In this document: one piece after another, positions 1-9,698 of the stretch
How the letters are laid out: every line of letters starts with the position of its first letter
Numbering within the stretch: position 1 is the stretch's first letter
Assembly: GCA_965240325.2 (NCBI GenBank)
Contig: OZ251245.1
Location: forward strand, 1,054,001-1,118,000
Origin: Rebecca billardiae RCC1528
Taxonomy: Eukaryota; Protista; Haptophyta
Direction of reading: 5' to 3'
DNA length: 64,000 nucleotides
Made by a program: the position numbers and the translations under genes
Notes under the pieces: generated by a model
What the model was told of the DNA's origin: nothing
The model's input: the letters and a program-made list of their open reading frames with translations, nothing else
Databases searched by the model: none

Positions 1-81
1 TCCAACCAAAAAAAACGACGCGAGCAGCTTTGTAGCTGGCAACAGCACTAACGCACTTCATCGGGCGTCGGGCGGGCGCGA

Positions 82-2628
82 ATGGCACACGTCGCGCCCA
101 ACCGGTTCGGCGCTGCGCCGGCTGCGCCACCGAGGCATGCCGGGAGAGAGCGCGCGAGCATCATTGACCGGCGTGGCTCCGAGGCGCGTGCCGCGACGAT
201 CAACTCGTTGCGCGGCGGCCCGGCGCCGACCGCTGCGAACAGCGGCTGGGGCGAGGGCAAGCGCGGCCAGTTTGCGCGGAGCGGCTCGCACGGCAGCCTG
301 CTCGCGAGCTACAAAAAGACAAAGATTCGCACGAAGGCGACCGTGCTGCGCGGTGGCACGCAGAAGCGCATTGCCATGCGCCGGCGCACGCTCAACCCCG
401 CCGCGTCGTCGCTGCTCTCCTCGCGCGGCCGGCTGCGCGACTTTGGGTTTGTGGCGGGCGGCGCCAAGGACGCGGACAGCGTCCTCGCCGAGCCGCTGGC
501 GCCGAACGAGGCGCTGATCGACCACCTGGTCGCGGAGTACGAGGAGGAGCAGCGCACGCGCGAGGGCATGCGCCGCTGCTCTCTCTTCGCCGACTCGCCC
601 GTGCGCCGGCTGTGGGAGCGCTCTCTCTTCTACCTGCTGGTGGTTGTGTACCTCGTGCGGCCGATCGACATTGCGTACAACCGCCACCTGGGGCCGGAGG
701 TGGCGTGGACGATCTCGCCGACGTTCGACGTGGTGCTCACGGTGACGTACGTCGTCGACGTCGCGATGCAGCTCCTCACCGTCATCGAGGACGACGGCGA
801 CGGCCGGCTCGTCTACTCGCTCAAAGGGATCGCGTCGCGATACGCGCGGCGCGGCACGCTCGTGACCGACGTGCTGTCGTGCGTGCCGTACGCGCTGGTG
901 GCGACGCTGTCGGACACGACGTTCGGCATCGTCTTCTTCTCGATGCTCTTCAAGGTGCCGCGCTTCATCCGCATGCTGTACGCGCGCGTGCACCTGCTCG
1001 TCGAGCACCAGGCGGAGATGCGGCTGCTGAACGTGATCGTGCTCTTCTTGTTATTCGCGCACTGGATCTCGTGCATCTGGTACGCGGCGGGCTCGGTGCG
1101 GTACCAGGAGGCGTGGGAGGAGGAGGAGACGTGGGTGTACACGCACAACCTGCAGGACCGCCCGCTGTACAGCAGGTACATCCGCTCGCTCTACTACACC
1201 ATCGCCACGATGACTTCGCTACCATTCTCGACCATACAGCCGGTGAGTGCGCCGCGCGCCGAGCGCCGCGTGCCGCGCGGCCGCGCGCCGAGCCGAGCCG
1301 CACGCCCCGCGCGCCCGCGCCTCCCGCCGCAGCGCACCGACCTGGAGCACACGATGACGGTGTGCATGCAGATGATTGGCAACGCGCTCACCGCGTACCT
1401 CTTCGGCTCCGTGATCGCGTACATCAAGAAGCTCGACGAGCGCGCCGACCTGACCGAGCGGCGGATGAGCTCGCTCCGTCTGTACGGCCAGGTGCACAAC
1501 GTGCCCGCGCCCGTGCGGCAGACGCTGTACGACTACAGCCAGGCCATCCTCGACACGGGGCTGAACGAGCGGCACGTGCTCGAGCAGACGCTCGACCTGA
1601 TGCCGCCCGGCGTGCGCGCCGACGTTGTCCTCAAGATGCGCCGCCACCTCGTCGAGGCGGTGCCGATGTTTGCGAGCACCTCGTCCGGCTTTGTGCGCGA
1701 GGTCGTGCAGAAGCTCAAGCCGGTGCTCTGTCTCTCGGGCTCCGCCGTGTACCGCTCCCTCGAGCGCGCGGAGGAGATGTTCTTCATCCAGTGGGGCGCC
1801 GTCGTGCTGCTCTCGAGGAACGAGCGGCGCGTGTACGTCACGCTCGAGTCCGGCTCCTTCTTCGGCGAGCTGGCGATGGTGAGCACGTGCCGCCGGACGA
1901 ACACAGCCAAGGCCATCTCGGACTGCCACCTGTTCGCGCTGCACAACCAGCGCTTCGCGCAGATCATGCGCGCGTACCCGTCCGACTTCGACGCGGTGCT
2001 GCGCGGCGCGCGGCTCGAGCTGGCGAACATCATCTCGTCGCAGTTCGAGACGGACGAGGAGGTGCGCCGGGAGCTCACGCGCGCCGCGGACGCATTCGAG
2101 CAAATGTCGCAGCACGCGTCGCCGCGCGCGCCGAGCCGGTTCGAGACGAGCCCGGCCGCGCCCGCGGCCGCCGCCGGCGCCAAGCCGCCCGCCATCGTCT
2201 GCACGCGCGAGGACTCGGACCAGTCGAGCGCACCCGGCAGCTTCGCCACCGACAGGCGACGCGGCCACGGGCCCGCGCACGAGCCCGCGGCGCACGACGG
2301 CGCGTCGCCGAGCAGCGAGGCAGACACGCACTCGCCGCCGCCCATGCCGCCCGCCGGCCGGCGCCCGTCGGGCGGCAGTGGCGGCACCATACGCTTCAGC
2401 GCCGACACGATGCACCGCGCGGCGGCGGCGCAGCTCGACGACGGCGCGCGCTCGTTCGCGCGCGACCTCGCCTCCGTGCCGGAGCGAAGGCTCTCCGAGC
2501 TGAGGGAGGATGGCGGCGCCGCGGACGACGGCTCGCACATGGGCGGCGACCTGCCCGCGCCGGAAGGTCTCTCGGGCGGCGACGACTTTGCAGACGACTC
2601 GGCGGTCGTCTCCACCATCAGCGGCTGA
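82..2628 (+). CDS. Cyclic nucleotide-binding-domain (KCNH/HCN/CNG-superfamily) 6-TM ion channel; one predicted intron 1243-1332
   Basis: TM segments (FDVVLTVTYVVDV, DVLSCVPY, AHWISCIWY), pore helix YIRSLYYTIATMTS, C-linker, and CNBD with FFGELAM...RRT. A GTGAGT...CCGCAG 90-nt in-frame intron accounts for the Arg/Pro/Ala-rich insert after the pore. Confidence 0.9.
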   Translation: MAHVAPNRFGAAPAAPPRHAGRERASIIDRRGSEARAATINSLRGGPAPTAANSGWGEGKRGQFARSGSHGSLLASYKKTKIRTKATVLRGGTQKRIAMRRRTLNPAASSLLSSRGRLRDFGFVAGGAKDADSVLAEPLAPNEALIDHLVAEYEEEQRTREGMRRCSLFADSPVRRLWERSLFYLLVVVYLVRPIDIAYNRHLGPEVAWTISPTFDVVLTVTYVVDVAMQLLTVIEDDGDGRLVYSLKGIASRYARRGTLVTDVLSCVPYALVATLSDTTFGIVFFSMLFKVPRFIRMLYARVHLLVEHQAEMRLLNVIVLFLLFAHWISCIWYAAGSVRYQEAWEEEETWVYTHNLQDRPLYSRYIRSLYYTIATMTSLPFSTIQPVSAPRAERRVPRGRAPSRAARPARPRLPPQRTDLEHTMTVCMQMIGNALTAYLFGSVIAYIKKLDERADLTERRMSSLRLYGQVHNVPAPVRQTLYDYSQAILDTGLNERHVLEQTLDLMPPGVRADVVLKMRRHLVEAVPMFASTSSGFVREVVQKLKPVLCLSGSAVYRSLERAEEMFFIQWGAVVLLSRNERRVYVTLESGSFFGELAMVSTCRRTNTAKAISDCHLFALHNQRFAQIMRAYPSDFDAVLRGARLELANIISSQFETDEEVRRELTRAADAFEQMSQHASPRAPSRFETSPAAPAAAAGAKPPAIVCTREDSDQSSAPGSFATDRRRGHGPAHEPAAHDGASPSSEADTHSPPPMPPAGRRPSGGSGGTIRFSADTMHRAAAAQLDDGARSFARDLASVPERRLSELREDGGAADDGSHMGGDLPAPEGLSGGDDFADDSAVVSTISG

Positions 2629-3052
2629 GCGGTGCCGGTGGTCAATGGCGCGGCTTTGGACCACGGCGGCACCGGTCCTCAGCCGCTCCTGGCACGGAGG
2701 CTGCCGGCCTGGCTCAAGTGGCAGCGGGCGCGGCCAGGGCCAGGCGGCCGCCGTGCGACCGCGCGGCCCGCGGCCGTGGCCGTGGGTGACTGGCAGATTA
2801 TCAGTGTGAGTCGAACTCGAAGACACTGCTGCTAGTGCTACGGTCATTGACCATACGAGTTCGTCGACAGACGACAGACGTCTCTGATCATCCGCCGTGT
2901 AATAGCGTAGTAGTGATATGCAGGAGGCCCGTGATGCGGCTGTGATCCCTGCCGGCTCCCGAGCGGCCGGCGCCGGCCGTGTGTCGGTGTGACTGTGTCT
3001 GTGTGTGTGAGGCTGTGACTGAAGACGACAGACTACTGGCGGCCGATGAATG

Positions 3053-3054
<2 letters not shown>

Positions 3055-3114
<60 letters not shown>
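3055..3114. repeat. (TA)n microsatellite
   Basis: About 30 uninterrupted TA units between convergent gene ends. Confidence 0.97.
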
Positions 3115-3117
<3 letters not shown>

Positions 3118-3372
3118 ATATCGCGATGCGCCAGATATACGATTACAGGCATACAGCATCATCAGACATATGCGGTACGTGATACGTCCCATGGTCGTCG
3201 TCGAATAATGCTGACTGCAGCACGGGGCGCGGAAGCACCCACCACCCGGCCCGCCGCGAGCTGGCTGCCAACTCTGAATGCGCCCGGCGCCAGTGGCGTC
3301 ACTCGTCAGCAGCAGACAGCCGACCGCAGCGGCGCTGACACGCGCGTGATGACGAGGATGCATCGCCGCACG

Positions 3373-4789
3373 CTACTTGTCCCTATCCTTCTCCTTGACC
3401 GGAGCGGACGGCTTCAACGCCTGTGCGCGTGTTGGCGGCGCGGCGCGGCGGGCGCATGCTCGGCTCAGCGCGCGCGCTCGCACGGCGCGCGCTCCCTCGC
3501 AGCGCGCAGCACGCAGCGCTCGCGCGGGCGCGCGCGCACCTCTAGCAGCTGCTCAAGCATCGCGTTGGAGCGCTCGAGGTCGAGCACGTCCTTCGGCTTC
3601 GCCTCCGAGCGCTTCGCCTCCTCTGCCGCGCGCGCCTCGAGCGTCTCGACGGCTAGGTGGGCGCGCGACACCTGCAGAGCAGCGGGGGGCGCGCGGGCGC
3701 GTGCGCGGCGCGTGAGCCGCCGGCCCTGGCGCGTGGCGAGGCGTGGTGCGCGAGCGCCACGCCGCGCCCTGCTCTCCGCCTCGTGCGCGCGCCGCGCCGC
3801 ACCTCCTCGCGCAGCTCGTCAATCTCCGCCTCGAGATCGTCGATCGTCCCAGACGGCTCGCTGGTGAGCGCGGTCGCGAGCGCGAGCTTGCTCGAACCAA
3901 ACGCGGTGGAGGACTCGAAGAGGGTGCGGTACGCGTCGATCGTCATGATCGCCTCGCCGCGCACGCTGTTCAGCAGCCCGCCGCGCCGCGGCTCGTCCGC
4001 GCGGATCACGTCCACCAGCTCGTCGAACACGCGCTTGTAGATGGCCGCGCGCACGGGGCAGATGCCTTTGAGCCGTGCTTGTCGGTCAGAGATCTCGCGC
4101 GCGAGCTGCTCCATGAGCGCGACGGCGTGCACGCGCGGCGAGGGCGTGAGCGGCGCGGTGTTGAGCGTGCGCGGCACGTACGCGCGCGGCCGCCGCGTCG
4201 TCGCCGCCGCCGCCGCCTCCGCCGCCGCCGCCGCCGCCATCTGCGCGTGCGCGGCCGCCTCCTCGTCGCCGAGCGGCAGACCGTATGCCTGCAGCCTCGG
4301 CGCGACCGACTCGCCGACGCCGGGCTCGAGCACGTAGACGTGCGTGTCGATGGCGGAGGCGTTCCCCGACGTGAAGTCCGACGTCGGCGCGAACGGCGTC
4401 GTCGCCGGCTGCGGCTTGCCGCCCACGGGCGGGCCCACCGGCGCCTCCTTGAAGAAGCGAGGCGCGTTCTGGTCCCAGCGCACGAGCAGCCGCGTGCCGT
4501 CCTCGCCGTCGCGGCCGTTCTCGTAGATGAAGCTGATGCCCGCGATGTCGTCGAACGACAGCTCCATTCGCCTGAGCACGCCCAGGTGTAGCACCTCGAA
4601 GCGCAGCGTGCGCTCGATGCCGCTCACCGCGACCGACATGTGCTCGGGATATTTGGACGCGATGTGCCACTGGCCCACGGCCACGTGCTGCACGGGGATG
4701 CGGATGAGGTCGTTCGCGTAGGAGCGATCGCTCACCGTCGTCGTCGCGCGGCCCACGCCTCGCCGGCGCGCGGCGTCCACCATCGCCAT
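3373..4789 (-). CDS. N-terminal PH-like domain fused to an axonemal inner-arm dynein light chain p28 (DNALI1-type) domain; introns 3672-3802 and 3421-3539
   Basis: RQARLKGICPVRAAIYKRVFDEL...RGGLLNSVRGEAIMTIDAYRTLFESSTAFG matches the p28 signature (RQARETGICPVR...CFDEL...ERGLLLLRVRDE...AYQTLYESS.AFG). GT-AG introns join ORFs 3653..4870 and 3465..3671 to a last exon ending TAG at 3373. Confidence 0.8.
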
Positions 4790-4980
4790 GGCGCCTGGGC
4801 TGCCCTCGCGAGTGATGGCGCCAAGACAAGAGGGCGCCCTGGCAACAGGCTCCCCGGTGGAAACAACCATCCGGACGCCGTGGGAACGCCCGGACCGCTG
4901 TGAACGAGGCTGAGCAAGGGACGCGGCAGTGTGCGGCAGCCCTGCGCCCGCTGTGCTTGACCGTCAACTACATTGACGAC

Positions 4981-6528
4981 TCAGTTCTGCTGCTGTCGCT
5001 TCCGCTTCTCGCGCTGCCGCCGCTTCTGTGCCTTCGACAGAGCGGCGGAGGCAGCCACGCCAGCACCCGCCGTACCACTCCCGGCGGCGTACGTGCTGCC
5101 ATTATCAGGCCGTGCCGCCGTGCGCTCCTGCGCGCGCGCCGTGCCGGCCGGCTGCAGCGGTGTGCCGCGCACGCGCGCCATCGCCTCGGCCGCGACCGCG
5201 ATCGCCTCCGCGTGCACTGCGCCCTCGGCGTCTGCCGCAGCCACGGGGGTCACGAACGTGTCGCCATCAGCTACGATCCGCTCGAGCACCTCGACGAAGC
5301 CCAGCTCCCCATCCAGCGCCGCCTGGCCGCTCACGGTCGCCGCCGCGAGCCGGACGCGCGCGGACGGGTGCCGCGCGGCCGCGGCCGCGTCCTGCAAAGT
5401 CGAGGGCGCGCGCAGCAGCCAGAGGACGTGCAGCGCAGCGCCGGCCTCCCACTCGTCCGCAGCTGGCTCGTCGGCGCACGCGGAGCCAACCACCGATCCC
5501 ATCGCCGCCCCGAGCGTGCTGCCTCCGCCCTGCCGCGCGGGCCCCGCTGCCGGCGGCGCGGGCGCGAGCGCGCTCGGCGCGGCGCGCAGCGCGCTTCGCA
5601 CATCGTCCGCGCGCACGCACGAGCACTCCGCGCGTAGCAGCGCGGCGACGGCGTCGAGAGGCATGCCCGCGGCGAAGCCGGTGCCGAACTCCCCGTTGAT
5701 CCCGTCGAGCACGCCCTCGCTCGCCGCCCCCGCGCTCGCGGCCGGGCCTGCGCCGCCGCCGCCGCCGTCTCCGAGCGCGCGCGCCGCTTCCGCGGAGAGG
5801 GCAAGCAGGCCCCGGTGTGCGTGGAGCCACACGGCGCAGCCCGAGTGCACGCCGCGCAGCTCGACCTCGATGAGCTCGGTGTGCGTCGCGCCGCCCGCTG
5901 CCTCGCGCACCTCCGCCACCGTGTCCGTCGACACCAGCAGCCGCGTGCCGAGCAGCGCGCCGAAAGCCTCGGCGAGGCCGGGCGAGTCGGTGCCGCCGAC
6001 CGCGCTCAGCAGCAGCCGCGGGAGCAGCGCGGACGGGTCCGGGGAGGTCGTCGCGGGCGGGCGTGCGTCCCAGAGCTCCGAGTGGGCCGCGTCACGCGCG
6101 GCCAGCGGGTACGCCGCGCACAGCCGCTCGAGCTCGCGCGCCGTCTCCCGCGTGTCGAGCGCGCCGAGCGGCACCCACGCGCATGGCGGCAGCCCTCCCA
6201 GGTCGCACAGCAGCGCTGTGGGCGCGGACGCGTCGACGTAGTGCACCAGCCGGCCAGGGCCGTGCGCGACGACGACGTGCCGCTCGGAGCCGTCGGCCTC
6301 CGCGCCCGCCTCGCCCGCGTCCGCCTCAGAGAGGCGCATGCGCGCCAGCCGCGAGAGCTCGAGCTCAGCCAGGGCGTCGCTCGTCCGGAAGCGGAGCGGC
6401 GCGAGCTCCGGTCGCGCGGCGAGGGCGGGCAGCCAGGCGCGCACGTCCAGTGCGGCCTCGTCCTCCCCCTCGCTCTCCTCGCCCGGCTCCTCCTCCCCGC
6501 TCTCCGCGTCGGGGAGCTCCGCCTCCAT
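4981..6528 (-). CDS. Hypothetical protein with acidic N-terminus and basic C-terminus
   Basis: Long ORF with coding-like composition from ATG 6528 (MEAELPDAESGEEE) to KAQKRRQREKRKRQQQN (possible NLS). No family recognised. Confidence 0.65.
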   Translation of the reverse strand: MEAELPDAESGEEEPGEESEGEDEAALDVRAWLPALAARPELAPLRFRTSDALAELELSRLARMRLSEADAGEAGAEADGSERHVVVAHGPGRLVHYVDASAPTALLCDLGGLPPCAWVPLGALDTRETARELERLCAAYPLAARDAAHSELWDARPPATTSPDPSALLPRLLLSAVGGTDSPGLAEAFGALLGTRLLVSTDTVAEVREAAGGATHTELIEVELRGVHSGCAVWLHAHRGLLALSAEAARALGDGGGGGAGPAASAGAASEGVLDGINGEFGTGFAAGMPLDAVAALLRAECSCVRADDVRSALRAAPSALAPAPPAAGPARQGGGSTLGAAMGSVVGSACADEPAADEWEAGAALHVLWLLRAPSTLQDAAAAARHPSARVRLAAATVSGQAALDGELGFVEVLERIVADGDTFVTPVAAADAEGAVHAEAIAVAAEAMARVRGTPLQPAGTARAQERTAARPDNGSTYAAGSGTAGAGVAASAALSKAQKRRQREKRKRQQQN

Positions 6529-6668
6529 GGACGCGTGGCTGTGACGGGGATGCAGAAGAATTCCGAATCCGGGCGATGGATGAGTCATGAGAGCTGGCTC
6601 CGGACCCAACCGTCGTCGCGGGCCCGATTGACTGTCGCCTCGGCCAACGGACTTCGACGCGCACGGCG

Positions 6669-7820
6669 ATGTCGCAGGTGCGCGCGTTCGGTCGCAAGGC
6701 GAAGCAGACACTGCTCGAGGAGAGCGACGAGTTCGAGGGGGTGGTGGCCTTCTCGGACGAGTGCTGCGCATCGCTCGGCCTGGACGACATGCTCTGCGCC
6801 TTCGACACCGAGCCCTCGTCGCTCGACGGCGATGCGGCACCCGCGGACCTCGCATGCGAGCCGCCCGCGCGAGCGCTGCCCGTGCCGCCCGCGCGGCGCA
6901 CCGCGAAGGCGCCGCCGTCCCCGTCCGCGTCGCGCGCGCTCTACGAGCACATCGCGCGCCTCGCGTGCCCCGCCGACCGCTCGCCCGGCTGCAAGGGCTC
7001 GAAGCGTGCGGTGCCGCTCGTCTGGCCCGCGGCTGGCGTCGAGATCGCACGGCTGATTGACACGGAGGGCGCCGACCCGAACTATGTCGCGTTCGGGTGC
7101 GAGCCGCTGATCGCGCACGCGCTTGGCATTATCAACTCCGACATCGCCCTCAACGTCGCGCGCATCCTGCTCCAGCGCGGCGCGGACGTGCGCGGCGCGC
7201 GCGCGTCAGACGGGCGCTCGATGGCAGACCTCGCCCTGGACCTGGGCGACGGCGAGCTGCTGCGCGAGCTGCTCGCGGCGGGTGCGCTGCCGACGGAGCG
7301 GTGCCTCACGCCATACGGCACGCCGACCGAGACGGTCCTCGCGCTCGCGCGCGAGCACGGCTTCGAGCACGACGCACGCGCCGTGCTCGACAGCGCACTC
7401 GCGCACGCAGTCGGCGACGCGGACGCGCCGCTCGTCTCGACGCTGCTGCAGCACGGCGCGCGGCCGCACGCGCGCGCGCTCGGCGGGCCGCCGCATCGCA
7501 GCGTGCTCCACGCGGCGCTTACGGCGGCCGCGCCGCTGCCCCTCGTCCGCGCGCTGCTCGACGCGCGCGCGCCGCCCGCCCCGCGCGACGACGCCGGCTG
7601 CGGCGCCATGTGGGCCGTGGTGCTGCGGGACGACGCGCGCACGCTCCGGGCGCTGCTGGACGCGGGCGCGCGCGGCGCGTGCGCGGAGCATGACGAGTCG
7701 CTCGGGGCGAGCGTGCTCGAGCTGTGCCGCCGCGGTGACGCGCCGCAGTGCGCCCGCGTCCTCGCCGCGTACGACGCGGCCGGCGGCGGCCGGAAGGGGA
7801 AGCGCGCGCCTAATAACTAA
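6669..7820 (+). CDS. Ankyrin-repeat protein
   Basis: Repeated ANK-like motifs: RLIDTEGADPN, RILLQRGADV, ELLAAGA, TLLQHGA, SVLHAA...ALLDARA, ALLDAGA. Confidence 0.8.
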   Translation: MSQVRAFGRKAKQTLLEESDEFEGVVAFSDECCASLGLDDMLCAFDTEPSSLDGDAAPADLACEPPARALPVPPARRTAKAPPSPSASRALYEHIARLACPADRSPGCKGSKRAVPLVWPAAGVEIARLIDTEGADPNYVAFGCEPLIAHALGIINSDIALNVARILLQRGADVRGARASDGRSMADLALDLGDGELLRELLAAGALPTERCLTPYGTPTETVLALAREHGFEHDARAVLDSALAHAVGDADAPLVSTLLQHGARPHARALGGPPHRSVLHAALTAAAPLPLVRALLDARAPPAPRDDAGCGAMWAVVLRDDARTLRALLDAGARGACAEHDESLGASVLELCRRGDAPQCARVLAAYDAAGGGRKGKRAPNN

Positions 7821-8157
7821 GTAACCTGGCAGCTTAAGCTTTGGCTGGAGCCTGCGGGGCTGCCGTCTCGTCGACGGCTCACGGTATGGCGGCCTACTCG
7901 GAGACTGAGTACTCAGGATCACTCTGCTGACTGATTGACCGCGGTTACTTTATATAGAACTACTGCTGTAGTCGCCTGCTGACGATCAATGGCCACATCG
8001 CTGCCATGCCGATGCGCTGCCACCGACCGCGGCCCGGCGACCGTGCCCGCGCGGGCGCGAAGTCACCGCGGCGGGCGGAGCATCAGCGACAGCACTCGCA
8101 GCAATAACGGCGGTACGTGAGTCTGAGTGACTACAGACTAGTGGCAGTAGTGCTGAG

Positions 8158-9486
8158 TCAGTGACGATTGATTGAGTCTGCGCGGATGAGCTCGACCTCC
8201 AGGTGCCCATCGAGCACCCCCTCAGCAGGGCCAACCCACTCACCGTCCCGCCACTGACCGATTCGACGACGGTGTGGGTCGTCGTACGCGAAACGCTCCG
8301 CCCGCTGCCCATCGAAGGACATTCCTCGCTCGTGCAGGTGCAGCCTGAGCAGGTGGGTATCGTCGTGGCCGTCGCACGCGCAGAGGTACATGTCCTCCTG
8401 CAGAGGCTCCCCGTCAGAGGTCAAAGAGCGCGAGACCCGCAGCTGCTCGCACGCGTCCGTGCCTGCCATCTCCCATCGGATAGAGTCGTGCATGGGCGCC
8501 CTGTCGCTGTGGGAGAAGTGCACGCCGACGACCACGCCGCACTCGAGGCGCGCGCCACTCGCCTCATCAGACACAGTCAGTGTCCCTCGCACCATCGCCT
8601 CGACGGGAGCTCCGCGGAGGTTGGACCTCGACCTGTAGCCGTGGCAAGCGGAGGGGTGACCCACCAGCGGCGGCGTGTCGCACGGTTCGCGCCCTGCGCC
8701 ACACGCCTCCGTCCCAGCCAGCAGGTCGCACATGTTCCATTGCGGACCGTCGGGCGACGACGACCGGCGCAGCTTGCGGCCGTCGGTCAGAAATGCGTTT
8801 CGGACAAAGCTCACCACCAGGGGCCCGCGGGCCCCCTCGGCGCGAGGCAACGGCGCGAACGACAGCGTATGCGGGGTGCGCACGGCGAGGGTGAAGTGCT
8901 CGAGCGGCGGCGCGGACACCCGGATCACGTCGCTCCGCTCAGTGGGCGTGAAGTGGAGTCCACACTTGCACCGGAGCGCCGGACGCGAGAGCACCTCGTT
9001 CTTGCACTCGCGGGAGGCGAGCCACCAGCCCCCTGCCCTCCGCGCGCCGATGGTCATGTTAGGGCACGCGTACTTCTCCTGGCCCACGATGAAGAGCACG
9101 TTGGCATGCTCGATCAGCACGTCCAGCGCCTGCGGCCCGTCGGACGCGTCCGATGTGTTGCACGAGGCGAGCATGCGCATCTGCCCGCGCGCCAGCTTGA
9201 AGCCGCTTGCGGCGTGGTCCCTGGCGAGCGTGTAGCCCAGGTATTCGGAAGGCCGCTCCCATGCCTGCAGGGAGATGTGCGCGCCCGCTCCAGCTGAGTC
9301 TGCGCTCGACCATGAGACGCCGACGATGCCGTCCGCGAGCTCGTGGCGGATGGCGCGCGCCGTCAAGGAGAGAGACTGCACGCCAAAGAAGCGCAAGGTG
9401 AAGTCGCAAACGCCGTCAGCGCACGCGTTGGTCCCTTCCTTGGCGATGCGCGCGGCGAGCGCGACGAGGAACGGGGCGAGCAGCAT
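8158..9486 (-). CDS. Hypothetical Cys-rich protein, possibly secreted
   Basis: 442-aa ORF with hydrophobic N-terminus (MLLAPFLVALAA) and non-low-complexity composition. No family recognised. Confidence 0.55.
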   Translation of the reverse strand: MLLAPFLVALAARIAKEGTNACADGVCDFTLRFFGVQSLSLTARAIRHELADGIVGVSWSSADSAGAGAHISLQAWERPSEYLGYTLARDHAASGFKLARGQMRMLASCNTSDASDGPQALDVLIEHANVLFIVGQEKYACPNMTIGARRAGGWWLASRECKNEVLSRPALRCKCGLHFTPTERSDVIRVSAPPLEHFTLAVRTPHTLSFAPLPRAEGARGPLVVSFVRNAFLTDGRKLRRSSSPDGPQWNMCDLLAGTEACGAGREPCDTPPLVGHPSACHGYRSRSNLRGAPVEAMVRGTLTVSDEASGARLECGVVVGVHFSHSDRAPMHDSIRWEMAGTDACEQLRVSRSLTSDGEPLQEDMYLCACDGHDDTHLLRLHLHERGMSFDGQRAERFAYDDPHRRRIGQWRDGEWVGPAEGVLDGHLEVELIRADSINRH

Positions 9487-9698
9487 GATGGCGCGTGATG
9501 TGACGATGAGGGTGTTTGCCGTCGGTCCAGGGCTCTCTAGACTGCTCCTGACCAGCGGCCGCCCCGGCGGCCGGGGGCGGTTTCAGCATTGTAAGACACC
9601 ACTAATAGATGATACTGTACAGTCACGTACTACTAATACTTACTAGATGATACGTATGTATGATAGTAGTACGAACGGTCCGTCGATACAGCCGAATC

